From NCBI RefSeq assembly GCF_009914755.1, contig NC_060926.1: 64,000 nucleotides of DNA. The stretch is one strand, 5' to 3'. Made by a program: the position numbers and the translations under genes. Origin of the DNA: the human T2T-CHM13v2.0 reference genome, Homo sapiens. Within the stretch, counting starts at the first letter, position 1. Every line of letters begins with the position of its first letter. The notes beneath the pieces were generated by a model. The model was not told the origin of the DNA. It searched no databases and saw only the letters and a program-made list of their open reading frames with translations. This document shows positions 11,203 to 31,016 of the stretch, one piece after another.

Positions 11203-13021
11203 AAATATAGTGGCAAAGGGGAAGGCTTATTTGGTAGAGAATAAGTCAGTCCAGATCACAGCTCTGTGGAGATTGGGTTTGGGTCATCTGGTGGCATTTA
11301 AATGTATTATTGGCCCTGGAATCATGAATTAAATCTTTAGAAAAAGAAAAACAAGCACTTTCTGTTTCTAATGTGTATATGGAGATCTTTTGGACTTGTG
11401 CACCCCAGGGTATTTTCAGCTGAGGCAGGTGTGTATCTGGGCAATGACTGTTTTGTTTTTATTTCCTGCAGTGCTTACTTGCTCCTTGGCTCACCCTTGC
11501 AGATTGCTCATGGCTGAGTCTCCTGGGTCTGATGACATTGTCAGTGTGACTGGAGTGCTATTCTAGGTGGATGATACACAGGTCCGGGGATGGTCTCCTG
11601 TTCTCTAAAGACAGCTGTGTAATAGGATTAAAGCTTCAGAGAGCAGCCGTGGCCTAAAGTATAGAGGAACTGGGTTAAGGGGAATTCTATCCGGGTGAGA
11701 GAAATGAATCTTTTACTCCAGCAATACAGACCTGGTTGCAGCTCCTCAAACAGGCCACCCTGGTCACCTCTGGACTCAGCACAGATTGGCCTCTCTGCCC
11801 GTGACTGTCCCTGTCTTCCTCTCTTGCTCACCCGTTGCCTGGGCATGGATGTGGCTTCCCTGGGAAAGCTTCCTGCCTTTGGGGCTGTTCTTAGTGCCTG
11901 GCTTATTCCAGCCCCAGGTGTTAACAGTCTGCCTACTTCTCCCTTAGCTACGAAAGGGCAGGAACTTCACACAGTGCGAGGCACACAGGGGGCCCTCAGT
12001 AGCTGTCTGCGAACTGAATTCAGCCCTGCACCCAGCCCATCACAAGCATCTTTGTTCTAAGGCGGTCCAGGAGGAGAGAAGGAGCTGCCACGTGCTGATG
12101 GTCTCCCGTGGGCTAGGCTCTTGAGATTCCATGTGTGTGTTCTCATTCAGTGCTCACAGCAACTCCACCAGGATTCCAGTTTCACAGCCAAGAAAACAGA
12201 GGCTCTGTGAGGGGAGGCAGCTTGGCGAGGCAATCACCTCATGTGGGGCAGTGCAGGGTTGTACACATCTGTGTCCCACTTGGATGACTTGAGGAATGAC
12301 TTGAGGATTACGGAATGACTTGAGGGTCCCACAGAACCCTTCTTGCGAAAGACCCTTCATCTGGAGGCTGCACTGGAGAAGGGATGCTGGACATGTTGGA
12401 GCCTCAAAGTGCAGCATCTTCAGTTTCTTGAAACTTCTGTGCTTCTTGCTTGGGTAACTGTGCTTCCTCTGATCTTTGGGCCAACCTGGCCCATGAGAGA
12501 TTCCAAGGATTTGAGCTGTCTCTAGGGTCATGGGGCAGCCTACATCTTGTGCTTGATTTTTCTCCAGGGATATCCTAGGTCAGGTAGTTAGGGTGATGGG
12601 CATTGGCTCCAGAGTCAGCCTGATGAGTTGTGTTTTTCTAAATTAACTTTTATCTGGCAAGAGTGTTGCAGAATCAAGTTTTAAAAAATATTTGCATATC
12701 TCATTTCTTTGTCTAATTAGTGTTGTGAGAATGATGTCACAGTTTTCATGCTTGAATAAATAGCTGATGGTGTAAGGCACTAAGGGCTGGCTCACTGTGG
12801 CGCGTTCCCTTTCTTCTATTTGCCGTCTCGTCCAAGTTTTGTTTCAATCCATGCTCCTGACTTTTTTTTTTTTTTTTTTTTAGGGACTGATCTCATCAGC
12901 CAAATTATACCTTTTACTGCCATAAAATGCCTCCTTAATTTAGAGGATATGTTTGTCAATGTTGCAAGATAATTCCGAGCATCAAATCACTAGAGGTGCT
13001 GAGAGTACAAAAAGTATACTT

Positions 13022-13526
<505 letters not shown>

Positions 13527-13659
13527 TTAAAAAGACGGGGGATGGGGGAGATTTAGGTTAAATGTGACATGACCCCATTTTTACGTATGACCTTAGAAAT
13601 CCTCTGGTTTATTCACTCCAGCTGGACTAAAGACATCTAAGCATTGGAGGGTGGAACAT

Positions 13660-15600
13660 AGAAATTCCTTCCCTTGAGGGGTTTTCAGTCCTATTGGAAA
13701 AGCAGAGCGTAAACCTGAAATGATTTCAGGTGCTGATCTCCAGGACAGTCAAGGGTTTTGACATGATGCCACGCTAAGAATTGCTGGAGCATGTGTGGAT
13801 GTTTAGCTGGGAAAGAGACTCTGGGGAGGAGAGGCATAATAGCAAATGTCCAATAGATTGGTGCAGTTGAAAGCAGCTGGGAAGGTGGTTTGGACCAGAT
13901 AATGAAGGGATTTGGTTGCCTTGCTAAAGATTCTGCAGTTTATTCTGTTGGCAATAGGGGGCTACTGGAGGCTTCTAAGGAAGAAGCAATGAGATTTACT
14001 CATGGTTCAGGAGCACCTTGGTTAAACATGGAGAACGCAGAGGAGGAACAGGTTTAGGGAAGGAAGTGTGGGTTTGCTGAGGTGTCAGGCAGGGTGGAGG
14101 CTCTGGGAGGCACTGACCGAAGTTGGGGGAGAAGGTGACATTGTGCAGGAACAGGGAGCTATGAGGGACTCTGGACAAAGCCTACATTTAAAGGATGAGC
14201 CCAAGAGGATTATGGGGAATGCAAGAGGTGGGTTGGAGAGGCAGGAGGACAACTAGGAGATCATAGCTTCATGGAAGCGAAGAGGAGGGAATTCAAGTTG
14301 GAATGCGTGGTTGGTAATCCTATAGAAATCATCCCCATTTTTTGAACAATCCTCATTTGTTGAGTGCTGGACATTATGCTAAGTGCTCTGTGCACATCAT
14401 TTTCTTTAATTCTTATAGGACCTTCACAAGGTAGCCAATAACACTGATATTCTCTAGAGAAGGGGCTGAGGATAAGAGCATTAGGCATCTAGGAGACAGT
14501 GGAGGATAGAATGTGGGCTTTGGTTTGATATAGGCCAGCTCTCCCTGGCTCCACCTCTGCCTCACTTGGCTATGTGAACTTGTACAAATTACTTAACCTC
14601 TCCAGGGCCCAGCTTCTTGTTCTCTGAACTAAATACAACATCCCTGTCTCCTGAGGATGCTGATGGGATTCTGTGAGCTTGATATCATTGTAAGTAAAGT
14701 CCCTTGCACCGTGCCTGACACTCAGGGGCTCCTCCATAGACTTCCGTGTGGTCGTGGTTATTTCCCAACATTCCCTAGTCAGTAAGAGGCAGATCTGAGA
14801 TCTGAACCCAGGTCCATGTGGGACCATAGCCTGTGCCTGGTGCTGTAACAAGGGAGGTTATGTGGGACAGGAGTTTGAGTGCTGTGGGGTTGAGGAATAG
14901 TGTTTTAGTGGGAGGAACAACAGGAGCACGTCTGAGCCCAGATGGGAAAGAGGAAGTGAGAGGGAGAGACCGATGCTGCTAGGGAGAGGAAGTTAACTGA
15001 AGAGAAGGTCACAGGTGGCATGTAGGATGTGACATTAAACATAGGTGGAGAATGACCCTGAAACCAAAGCAAGTATTTTTTCCTCACAGACAGGAGGGAC
15101 AGAAAGTCTGAAGAGAGGAGGAGATACAGAGGAAATTTCAAGCAGGTGCAAGAAAGTTGAGGGTGCCCCAGCAGATGACTTCTGTTCTCTGAGGAATGCA
15201 GAGATAGGGTCAAGGTCTGAGGAGAGGGAGTGGGGGTGGGGCTGGACACTTAGGAAGAAGAGGCTCAATCTCCACAGCCACTGAGAGCGATAGACTGAGG
15301 AGGAGAGAGGACAGAAGAAGAAGGCTTGTGGAGACTGTTATACCTCTGGTCTTGAGTGGCGTACCTTGTTCTAATTTGTATTTGTGGCAGTGCCAGGCAA
15401 GGTGAAGATGTGGTTTGTACCGGGGGACAGAGGTAGGAAATTAGATGGTTGGGTTGGCCCAGATTTGGAAATTCACCAATTGGGTTGCAGAAGGACAGGA
15501 TGTGGCAGTGAAGTGACAGCTTCAGGGAAAACTCTAATCAAAAAAGCTCAGGAGATGAGGGTGGGAGAAGGTGTAGGGAGGGAGACTGGGATTGGGAATA
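13660..15600 (-). mobile_element. Fragmented L2 interrupted by nested MIRs (about 14350-14840)
   Basis: Purine-rich L2-like text (tttattctgttggcaataggggctactggagg). A sense MIR core (cttggctatgtgaacttgtacaaattacttaacctct, about 14500-14730) splits an antisense MIR. Confidence 0.55.
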
Positions 15601-16279
15601 TGTCCTCCCTCCTGCTATTGTTGGATACCCAGAGTGTGGTTTGGACCTTCCAGTGAATAACATGTATGATTCACCTTCGGATCTCCTGTCCCAGCAAATA
15701 TGAGGCATCTGTATGGAAAACTCTATGGCAAGAACGGCTGTTGTACCTCATAAGTTCTACCCAAACTTTGACCTCAAGCACAATCCACTAAAGCTGGGCT
15801 CTCAAAGCCCCTGGTTCCATGGTCGTGTGGCAGGGGAGGCCCTGCCCTTCCTCAGTTTGATGTCATTCTTTCCTGGATGGTGAAGGGGTATAAGCAAAAG
15901 ATTTACAAGGATAAGCTCTCTTTTGAGGAGCCATTCAAAATACTTTCTCTCTCTCTCTCTTTTTTTTTAACATATTTCTGCTAGTTTCTATTCATTAATG
16001 AAGGTGCCAGCAGATCAGAAGGTCGAAGTCTTGAAGAGGCAGCCCCAAACAGGCTGGTCTGAGCTCCAAAGAAGAGCTGGACCCCTATATGCAGCGGGGC
16101 CCAGAGCTGCCTCCCACCTGGGTGGAGGGAGAACCCTTCTCTGTGTGTGGCTCAGAATTTGACACCTTTGAAGCTAAGAGGGACCATCACTGAGACCTTT
16201 GGGGCCGAGCAGGTGCCCTGTCCATCTCTTCACCTGTCCCAGGTCAAGTAATTGCTGACTTAAAGTGTCCAAAGTCGAA

Positions 16280-20210
<3,931 letters not shown>

Positions 20211-21014
20211 TTCACTGAACACTGTTTCTTGGAGATTTTTTTCCAAATTAGCATGTAGACAACATCCTTAATTTTTTCCCATGAATCAAACAGGGGATTT
20301 CAATATCCTTAATCTTTTTAATAGTACATAGTAGTCCACTATAAGCAGACCCCTCCTGGTGAGCATTTATGCCGTTTGCAAGGTTTTTTGTTTTAGAGAC
20401 AGGCTGCATCAAATGTCCTTGTACCCCATGCAATGCTTTGAGGCCTTAGTGGATAAATGTCTTGGGCCCCCAGCCACAGTGGAGATTTTTCTTGGAATCC
20501 TGAAAAATATTCATTTATTTGGGAGTAGCATGGTTTCTTTGTCCTTCTGGTTGACTAGAGGCCTGGACCATGTTTCTGAGCACATCAGCAGGAGGAAGGT
20601 GTGGAGGAGAGAAAGATAATGAGGGGTGCTGAGTATTCAGAAGTCTCAGTGATTGCACCAGAGTGATCAGCTGAGAGGAGCTAGGCAAGTCTGATACAAA
20701 AGGACAGTGACAGCCACAACAACCCCCATCAAATTTCAGTGGCTTTATTTAATTGCCTGTTTCCAAATTAATTTTCTATCAGCAAATAATAAAAGGCCAC
20801 TTTGGATAAAAATATAGCACATTAAAGGAAAGCTTCATCTTTTTGCTGCCCTCTCCTATAATTCCTCTTTTGCAAATAACTTTTCAGAATCATCACTGAG
20901 CGCCCCTTGTTCACACACCTTCGGCATCTCCCTATTGTCTCTAGGGTTAAAAGTTCCCAATATTTAATATTGTACTCAAGGCCTGCAAGATGCCAATCCC
21001 AAATATCCCCAGGT

Positions 21015-21175
21015 ATTCAGTCACCTTCTAGCTGTGTGACCTTAGGCAAGATAGCATGTTCTCTGAACCTTTGTCACTCCATCCACAAAATGGGAAGAGT
21101 CATGCTTCCTTCTCAGAGTTGATGGGCTTAGGTACAGCACTTGGCACCATGTTTGACGTGTAGAAAGTGTCCAGT
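21015..21175 (+). mobile_element. MIR SINE
   Basis: ctagctgtgtgaccttaggcaag...ctctgaacct...aaaatggg MIR core. Confidence 0.7.
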
Positions 21176-22612
21176 GGTTGCCACCCATAGGTGTGTTATT
21201 GCCCAGACCTCTTGCCTGACCCAGATTCTAATCTGAACCTTGTATTTCAGATGCATTAAATGGCCTGTTTCCACATACAGAGAAGCACACTTTGTTGTTG
21301 GTGGCCATTGATTCATAGCAATGCAATGGCCATATTGATGTTAAAAACATGTCATGTTAAAGTTAGAAGACATCCAGACATCCTTCTGAGATTTGGAGAT
21401 GTTGTTTTGCTATTTTCTCTCTTTGCTTTTTTTTTTTTTTTCCTTTTTTTTTTGTTTTAAGGAGCAATTAGGATTTTTGGTGCACATTTCATCTGGTGTA
21501 CAGTTTTGGTGCATAGTCCTTTTAGTGTACAGTTCACCTGTACACCAAAAGATCCTAGTCTCTTCTCAGCTGGTTGGAAAGCATTTCCCACAGTTGGGTG
21601 CTCTGTTCAGATGGGCTCGCTCTCCATGGTGAGATGTGGTGTGGTGGCACCAGAACATGGGCTTTGGCGATGGCTGTTCTGTTGGCTGCCCGAGCCCAGG
21701 GGACAAATACAGACTCCATGCAGCTTAATGTGCACAGACAACTGCATAACCACATTAAAGAAGAGAAATGAAAGAAATACAAACCTGCTAATTTTAACCA
21801 ATCCTCCCTGAGCTCCTGCTGTGGGTCTGGCACTGGATGGAAGATGAACACACAGCCTCCAAAAGTTTGCAGGATGGTGGGAAAGGATCTATACACAGGC
21901 ACTGACACCCACATATGCCCTGCAGGAGTAGCCAAAAGAGGGACGGATAAAAGCCAGGGTGGGGCATGGGCTCTCCCGGGTCATGATGACGTCTAGGGGT
22001 GGTTTCTAGGATGAAGAGGAATTTGAAAGGTGAATAAAGGTAGCAGGGCATGGCAGGTGAATGAGCTGGCATGTGGCGGGCCGTGGAACAGTGCACTGCA
22101 TTTGGGGCCTGGGTCTGATGTGGTGCGCTGGGTAGCAGTGAGGAGGTGAGGTGGCTGGAAGGGGCAGGTGAGGTGGCCTTAGAGTCTTGGCTTCATTATG
22201 TGGCCACTGAGCACTGAGAGTCCCAGAGGGTTTCCAGTGGGATTCAGTGAGATCAGCTCTGAGTTCTTGGCTGGAGGAAGGCAGCTCCTTAAGAAGCTCT
22301 TGCTGAACTTCCTGTGAGAGAGAAGGCAACACTTTCAGGGTGGTATCAGTTGGGTTAGTGGAGAGGAGCAGAGTGGCTTAGCTGGAGACATCAGCTGACC
22401 CTGGAAAGGAAGGTGGTTGGGCATGGGGTGAGGATGAGGGGAGGAGAGGAGGGCAAGGGGAGTCACATGTTTTACTTTTGATGTGGCTATCACCTCCCTG
22501 CACAAATGCTGATTGCTTCTGTTCTGGCTTTCCCACATTAAATCCCAAGCATCTTTCTCATATTGCTAAATAATCTTCTTAACTGCGATTTTTAATGGCA
22601 ACAAAATATTGA

Positions 22613-22945
<333 letters not shown>

Positions 22946-23229
22946 TATTTTCCTATTGTTAGTAGATATTTACATTATTTCAATTTTTGCTTTTATACAC
23001 AGGGTTCTAATGTGCATATTTGGATTTTCCTTTCCTTTAGATTATTTCCTTAGGGACAACCTAAGGGTGTCAATACTGTCATGACTCTTTAATACATGTC
23101 GTCAAATTGTCTTTCAAAAGAGCTGTGCTGATTTGTAATGCCAACAATAGTCTGTGAGTGCACTCTTCTTGCTTTCTGGCATTGACAATCGCCAGGCTGT
23201 TTTTTCTAGATTGAATTCCTGTAAATATC

Positions 23230-23440
23230 AACAATGACTAAGAGACAGAGTGTGAGCGTTGTACTATCCTTGTGCTGAGCACTTTGCGTACGTCATCTCA
23301 TCAGCCTTCTCAACAAGCCTGTGAGTAAGGAGCCGTTGTAATCCCCAAGTTAGACCTGGGAAACTGAAGCACAGAGAAATTGAGTCATTTGCTCAAGATC
23401 ACATGGTTATTCAGTGGTGGGCTGGGGGGTGGAATTAAGG
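23230..23440 (-). mobile_element. MIR SINE
   Basis: gggaaactgaagcacagagaaattgagtcatttgctcaagatcaca is the antisense MIR core. Confidence 0.7.
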
Positions 23441-23490
23441 ATGCTTCTTTGGGGAGCTCTGAGGAATCACCCACTTGTACTATCTTGCTA

Positions 23491-23784
<294 letters not shown>

Positions 23785-25118
23785 TATCTTGCTATTTAAA
23801 TGTCTGTTTTGGGGGCTTTGGATGATGTTGAGTATTTTCCTGTATGTTTGATACTTGTTATATTTCGTTGTTTCGTGACTTTTCTTTTTGTGTCCTTTGT
23901 AGTTTTCTATCTGCTGAACAGTTCACACCCCATCCCCACCCCAGTTTGGAGTGCCAGTGCATGATAGTGTAAGTTCAGGTGGTGAGTTCGTTGGGTCCAG
24001 GTGGTGGTCAGCACTGGTCTCCTGCCTTACTGATAGCCGTGGGGCATGCTGATCTTCCCTTAGCTGTGTCTCTTGACTGGGTTACTCCTCGGGAAGTTGG
24101 TTCTTTCTCTTCTGAGGAAGAGAGAGCTCCTTGTAGAATTGTCCTAGAAATATTCAGAAAGCTCAGGATGTACTATCACCAATGTAGTGCCAGGTAGCAC
24201 CAGGTCAGAGCAGTGTCTGTAAATGATCGAGGGTGCTTTTGCTCCAGTGTCTTTGTACGGTGGCTGTTTCTTCTCTGCGTCACAGTGACCACACTTCTGT
24301 GGTACTCTTGTCTAGTTGTGCCCTGCCAGAAGCCTGGTCTGAGGCAGGGGAAGAAGGAGGAAGGCGTCCTTGATTTCCCTTGCTGAGTGTGTGTGTATGT
24401 ATCTGTTTTTGCCTCTATCACATCCATCACATTAGACAAACTCATTTCTCTCCCATCAAATCTGAAGTAACCACCTTTAGATTAAACTGACCTAAAGAAT
24501 CAAACCATGAAATGGAGCCATCGTGAGCCTGTGTTTGGAGTGGGAGTGAGATAATTATTTACAGAGATTGCTTCCTTGTTCTTTCACTGCTTTCTTGAGC
24601 CCTACTTTTGAGTGTTTGTCCTTTTCATTCAGTGTGAATATGAGTGGAGGTGGCTGGTGTTTTAATATGTCCCTGACAAAGCACTCATGTTTCAGGCTGG
24701 TAAAGACAGCATCTTAAGAGAAAAATTGTGTTTGGGTACACAGAAAGTCAAACTGTGGTTCATAGCATTTTGCAATATAAGATTTCCTCCATATTTTTTC
24801 TTTAGTAGATTTTTAAAATAATTATTCACTAATATCAGCTTATCTTAAAGCACTTACATCAAACATTAGAGAAGAGAATAAAATATTAATGAGTGAAAGT
24901 CTTTTTCCACCTTATCTTCTCCTGTGCAACAATTTGGCATTCAGACTTCTCTCTATGTAATTATATAAATAATTACCTAACATCAGGTATTGACTCAACA
25001 CATATTGTACGCATCTACATTGTGTCTGCAGTTCCTTCCTCCCTCCCTCCCTCTCTTTCTTTCTTTGCTTAAAAATACGTGTCTCTTTCCACAATAAATC
25101 TATTGCATTTTTTTTTAA

Positions 25119-25531
<413 letters not shown>

Positions 25532-26661
25532 CTAGATAGAGAAGAAGTTAAGAAATAGCTATAAAAAGGGTAAGTTGTTTTTCAGCAATATTTGACAAAA
25601 TTCAGCACCAATTCATAATTAAAACTCTCAGATAAATAGGAATAGAAGGGAATTTCCTCAACTTCATAAAGAACATCTACAAAAAACCTACAGGTAACAT
25701 TATATTTAAAGATAAAATACTGAATACTTTCCCCCCTACAACTGGGAACAAGGCAAGGATGTCTGCTGTCATCATTCTTAATCAACACAGTTCTGGGGGT
25801 ACTAGCCAGGGAAATAAGGCAAGGAAAGGAAATAAGAGGCATAAAGATCAGAAAAAAGACATAAAACTGACCCTATTTGCAGATTACATGATTTCTTACA
25901 TAGAAAGCCCGAGGAACCTACACCCCCACACACTTACCTCCTAGAACTAATAATTGAGTTTCAGAAGGTTGTAGATAAACATACAAGAATTAATTGCATT
26001 TCCAAATATTAGCAATGAACACAAGTTAAAAATATAATTGCTCAAAAAATACATATAATGAACTCTAGCAAAACATGTATAGAATTTGCATGCTGAAAAT
26101 TATATGATGATGAAAGAAACCAAAGAAGATTCAAAGAAATGGAGACACGTACCATGTTTATACATTGGAAGACTCCACATGATAAAGTTGTCAATTCTCC
26201 TCAGATTTAATGCAATTCCTATCAAAATCTCAGCAAGGTTTTATGTAAATATATCCAGGGTTATTCTAAAATTTATATGGGAGGGCAAAAGAATAGATAA
26301 ACAATTCTGAAAAAGAAGAATAAAGTAGGTAGAATCAGTCTACCCAATTTCAAGATATATAGCTACAGAAATCAAGACTGTGTGGTACTGGCAGGAAGAT
26401 CTACAAGTAGATCAATGGAGCAGATTAGGCATCCCAGAAATAGAACCAAACCAATTGCCCGTTGATTCTTTACAAAGGTGGAAGAGTGATTCAATGGAGG
26501 AAAGATGGCCTTTTCCACAAACAGTGCTGGAGTAATTGAACATCCACACATGAAAAAACAAGCCTTATACAAGTCTTACACCTTATATAAAAATGACTCA
26601 AAAGGGGTCACAGACTTAAATGTAAAATTTAAAACCATAAAACTTTTAGAAAAAAAAATAG

Positions 26662-26846
26662 AAACCAGCCTGAGCAACATAGTGAGACCTCCTGTCTAAA
26701 TAAATAAATAAATACATAAAATCATCCAGGTGAGAATGGACACACCTGTGGTCCCAGCTACTTGGGAGGAGTTTGCGGCTTCAGTGAGTTATGATCATGC
26801 CACTGGACTTACCCTGGGTGACAGAGCAAGACTGTCTCACTAAAAA
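26662..26846 (+). mobile_element. Partial old Alu (AluJ-like)
   Basis: accagcctgagcaacatagtgagacc...(TAAA)n...ctgggtgacagagcaagactgtctc. Confidence 0.8.
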
Positions 26847-26930
26847 GGAGAAACTCTTTGAGGTATAGGGCTAGACAAAGAATTCTTAGACGTATCACTA
26901 AGGCATGATCCTTTAAAGAACAAACTAGTA

Positions 26931-27239
<309 letters not shown>

Positions 27240-30200
27240 GAACAAACTAGTAAGTTGGACTTCATCAAAATACTCTTTCCCTCTGTGAATACCTTGTTAC
27301 AAGGATGAAATGACAAGTGCAGACTGGGAGAAAATATTTACAAATCACATATCTGACAAAGGACTAGTATGTAGAATATGTTAAGAGCTCTCAAAACTCA
27401 ACAATAAAAGCTGAACAATCCAATTATAAAATGGGTAAAAGAGATTAAGAGCTATTTATCTGAAAAAGACATACAGATGGCAAATAAGCACATGAAAAGA
27501 TGTTTAACATCACTAGCTATTAGGGAAATGTAAATTAAACCTACAGTGAGATATCACTACATACCTATCAGAATAGCTCAGATTTATAAAGTGATAGCGC
27601 CAAATGCTGGTGAGGATGTAGAAAAACAGCATCACTGGTACATTTCTGGTGAGATCATCAAGACTTTGGAAAACAGGTTAGCAGTTTCTTATAAAACTAA
27701 ATATGCAACTGCCATATAACTGAGCAATTGTACTCCTGGGGATTTTCCCAGAGAAATGAAACATATTTTTTTCCACAAATACCTGAAAATGAATGTTTAT
27801 ACCAACTTTATTCATAACTCATAACTCAACTGGAAATAACCCAGATATCTTTCAACAGGTGAAAGGTTGAAAGATGCACTGTGGTGCATCTATACCATGG
27901 AACACTGCTCAGCAATACGAAGGAATAAACTATTGATACACACTGCAACCTCGATGAATCTCTAGACAATTATTCTAAGAAAGTCCAATCCTAAAGGTTA
28001 CATCCTGCATGGTTACATTTACATAACATTCCTGAAATGACAAAATTATGGAAACGGAGAGCAGATTAGCGGCTGCCAGGGGCTAAGGAGTGGGCTGGGG
28101 AGGCAGGAAAGTAGGTGTGGCTACACACGGTCACCATGAGGGATGCTTGCGGGGATGGAGATGTCCTGTGGCTTGACTCTATCAGGGGAGTATCCTGCTT
28201 GTGATATTGTGCTAAGTTTGTGAGCTCTTACCATTGTGAGATACTGGATAAAGGGTACCCGGGATCTCTCTGTATTACTTCTCCATATAATTTCTTAGAC
28301 CTGCATGCGAATCTACAATTATCTCAAAATAAACAGCCTGATTTAAAAAAACTGTTTATTTTCCCTGCAACAGATCTCCTGCACTCTTTTTAGCAGTTGC
28401 TGTTGTATTTCATGGACTGCCTCATGTACTTGGGTGGAGGATTTTTTTTACTTGTTTTGTGAATTTTTGGAGGGTAAGAATTTGATCGAGGAAAAGGTAG
28501 CTGAAAGCTAAGGAGAAAAAGTGTTTTCCTGTCTTTCTTTGAATACCTTTAAACTCTCTGTGGTCTTACATTGAAAAGCGATGTCTTGGGTTTTGACTCT
28601 TGACTGTGACAGGGCCTGGGGGTGAGAGGGGTCCACAAGCTGAGATGAGGTCTCTGAGCTGCTGTGACAGCCCATCAATGGGCTTGCACTTTCCTGTATT
28701 TAATGTCCCCAAATCCACCTTGGAAATACCCTAACGTTTTTGTTAACTGACCATGTTTGCGGGTGTCACATTTTTTTCCCTCTTAGTCCTTTCATGGTTC
28801 CTTTTCTTCTCTTTGTCCTCTTCCTCCTCTTCTGGCTGATTCTCCTCTGACTTAATAATCAATAGTGGTATTTAACACGTAATAAGAATCACTTAAGTGA
28901 TTATTTACCACTGAATGTTCCAGAGTGTGAGGTGTTCTGGGATGTAAGGGATGCACAGAATCCACAGCCATTGTCATGATAATTTCTTTTAAGGGACTTC
29001 AGCTTTCTAGGAAAACACCGTGTGTGGTTTATTCATATTATCCGTTAGCCAACCCTTCATTATCAAGAGAAGCAAAGGAACTAGAGTGCATAATTCTTTT
29101 GTTTGAAACGTAAGCCTAAGAAAAATGTATTCATTGACAAGCTGTAAACAGCAGAGAGGAACTACCTGGAGTGAATTCAGCGGTTCCGGAGTCTTGGTTA
29201 GCAGCCCTGGGTGTGGGGCACACACACACAAGTAAGCAGCTCTGTCCTGCCATAGTCCCAGTTCACTGTGACAGATGATAGTCACTTAATAGAAATGACA
29301 AAGGTGACAGCCAATGTTCCTAAAGCCCATAACCATTGCCAGGTTCTTGCTCGAGAGCTTCCTGCCTGCTCTCTCCTGGTTTGAGTTCCCTCTCTGGAGA
29401 GGAGGTTGAGAGCAGAGGTGGTTCTCTGACCACCAAAGTCCCCAGCTTATGGGACTCCATCCCTGAAAAACACCCAGCAGAAGGGACCCAAGGTGATGTT
29501 GCTGCAGAGATGGCAACTCAGGACTCACAACTTTTCAAGTCTGGGTAAATGAGAGACAAAGCAAGTCCTTGTGAAGTGATCTCCATGCTTTTCAAGCAGG
29601 GTTGTAACTTTCAGTCCAAAAGGTAGTGCCTGGGTCAGGCTCTTTGTGGGGAGCAGTGAGGAATGGCAGCATAATGGGTCTTAGATTTTCAGTCATTTGG
29701 GGCCTAAAGAGTTAAAAGCCACCTGTTTCCTTAGGTTAAACAAGCACCGCCTAGGTTTCAATGTTAGTTCTGTGTTGATTTCCATTGATTTAACAACTTG
29801 TCTTTTACATCAGCTTTTGAAAATTTCAGATATGAATTACTGGGTTTCCAGCAAATCTGGAAAGAGCCTACATATTATATTTATCTCTTCCTTTTTATTT
29901 TTAACTTAAGTGTGGCTTTTTCTTTAATTTCTTTAGGTTTTTTTTTTAAATTTAATTCCAAGGGATCAAGGAATGGTAACATCATAAAGTAAGCTCCATA
30001 GTGAACATAAGTTGCTGCTTTTCCTCCTCTTCCCTGTCTTGTTGTATTTTTCCTCTTTTGGTGGAATGACAGAAAGGAACACAGAAAGGGGAGGGTGCTG
30101 CAGCCTGGTGAGGCTCCAAGGCTTGCCCTTGGCCTTGAGGAAGCTGGCTGCATCCTTGCTTGTCAGCAGCACTGTGCATCTAAGCAGAGTGCAGACACCT

Positions 30201-30439
30201 CTCCCTGCTGGTCTCCCGTGAGCACCAGGAGGCCTCATCTCCTCCAGACCTGCCAGTGGGCCTGAACTCGTGGTGATCATCATGGTGCCTGAAGCTGAGT
30301 ATAGAACATTGAAATGACATTAAGAGGACATAAAATGTGAAAGGCTTCACTTTGGGCTGCGTCATCATTATCTGGCAGCTAATAAAAGCTTTGTCAGTAC
30401 CACGCAGGTTGCTCAGTTCTTTCTGTACATCATCTCATT

Positions 30440-30582
30440 CAGTGCCTCTCAAACTTGACGCTTGTAGAACCAGCTGAAATGCCCAAGTTTGTGACTCAGT
30501 AGGTCTGGGTTTGGGCCTGATAATTTGCATTTCTCACAAGTTCCCAGGGGAGACTGATACTGCTGGTCCTCGTTTTTGAGGT
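30440..30582. mobile_element. MER5A (hAT-Charlie) element
   Basis: cagtgcctctcaaactt...gactcagtaggtctgggtttgggcctgataatttgcatttctcacaagttcccagg. Confidence 0.75.
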
Positions 30583-31016
30583 CAAAGTTAATCGGCCTAA
30601 AACAACCCTGTGGAGTAGGTAACATTATCCTCATTTCACAATGAAGAAACAGGCTGGAAAGGTCGGGGTTTGGCCACAAAGCTCACTGTTACTTCCACCA
30701 GCATCTCTAAGCATCATTAGCTTATCAGCAGAAGTAGCAAGTACCTAAGAAAGTTGTAGAAGACATCCGTGGCAGAGACCCAGTGAGCTGTGGTGGGTGT
30801 GATAGGGTTTGAGAGTCAGGCCCATGGAATCAGTAAGATCTGGGGTGGTGCCTGGGGACGACCAGCCCTGGAGGGGGCTGTTGGGGGTAGTGTGCTGGTC
30901 TTGCTTGTTATCATGAGAGAGCGGTGCTAGAAGGAGACCTGGGAAGGGGTTACAGAAATCTGTCCTGTGGATCACTTTCTTCCAGTCCTCATGTCCTTGC
31001 TGCCAGCATCTCATGA

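Noticed and set aside
25759-26699. Reverse-transcriptase-like peptides as an active retroelement
   Set aside because: These are short frameshifted fragments of an ancient L1M ORF2 interrupted by Alus.
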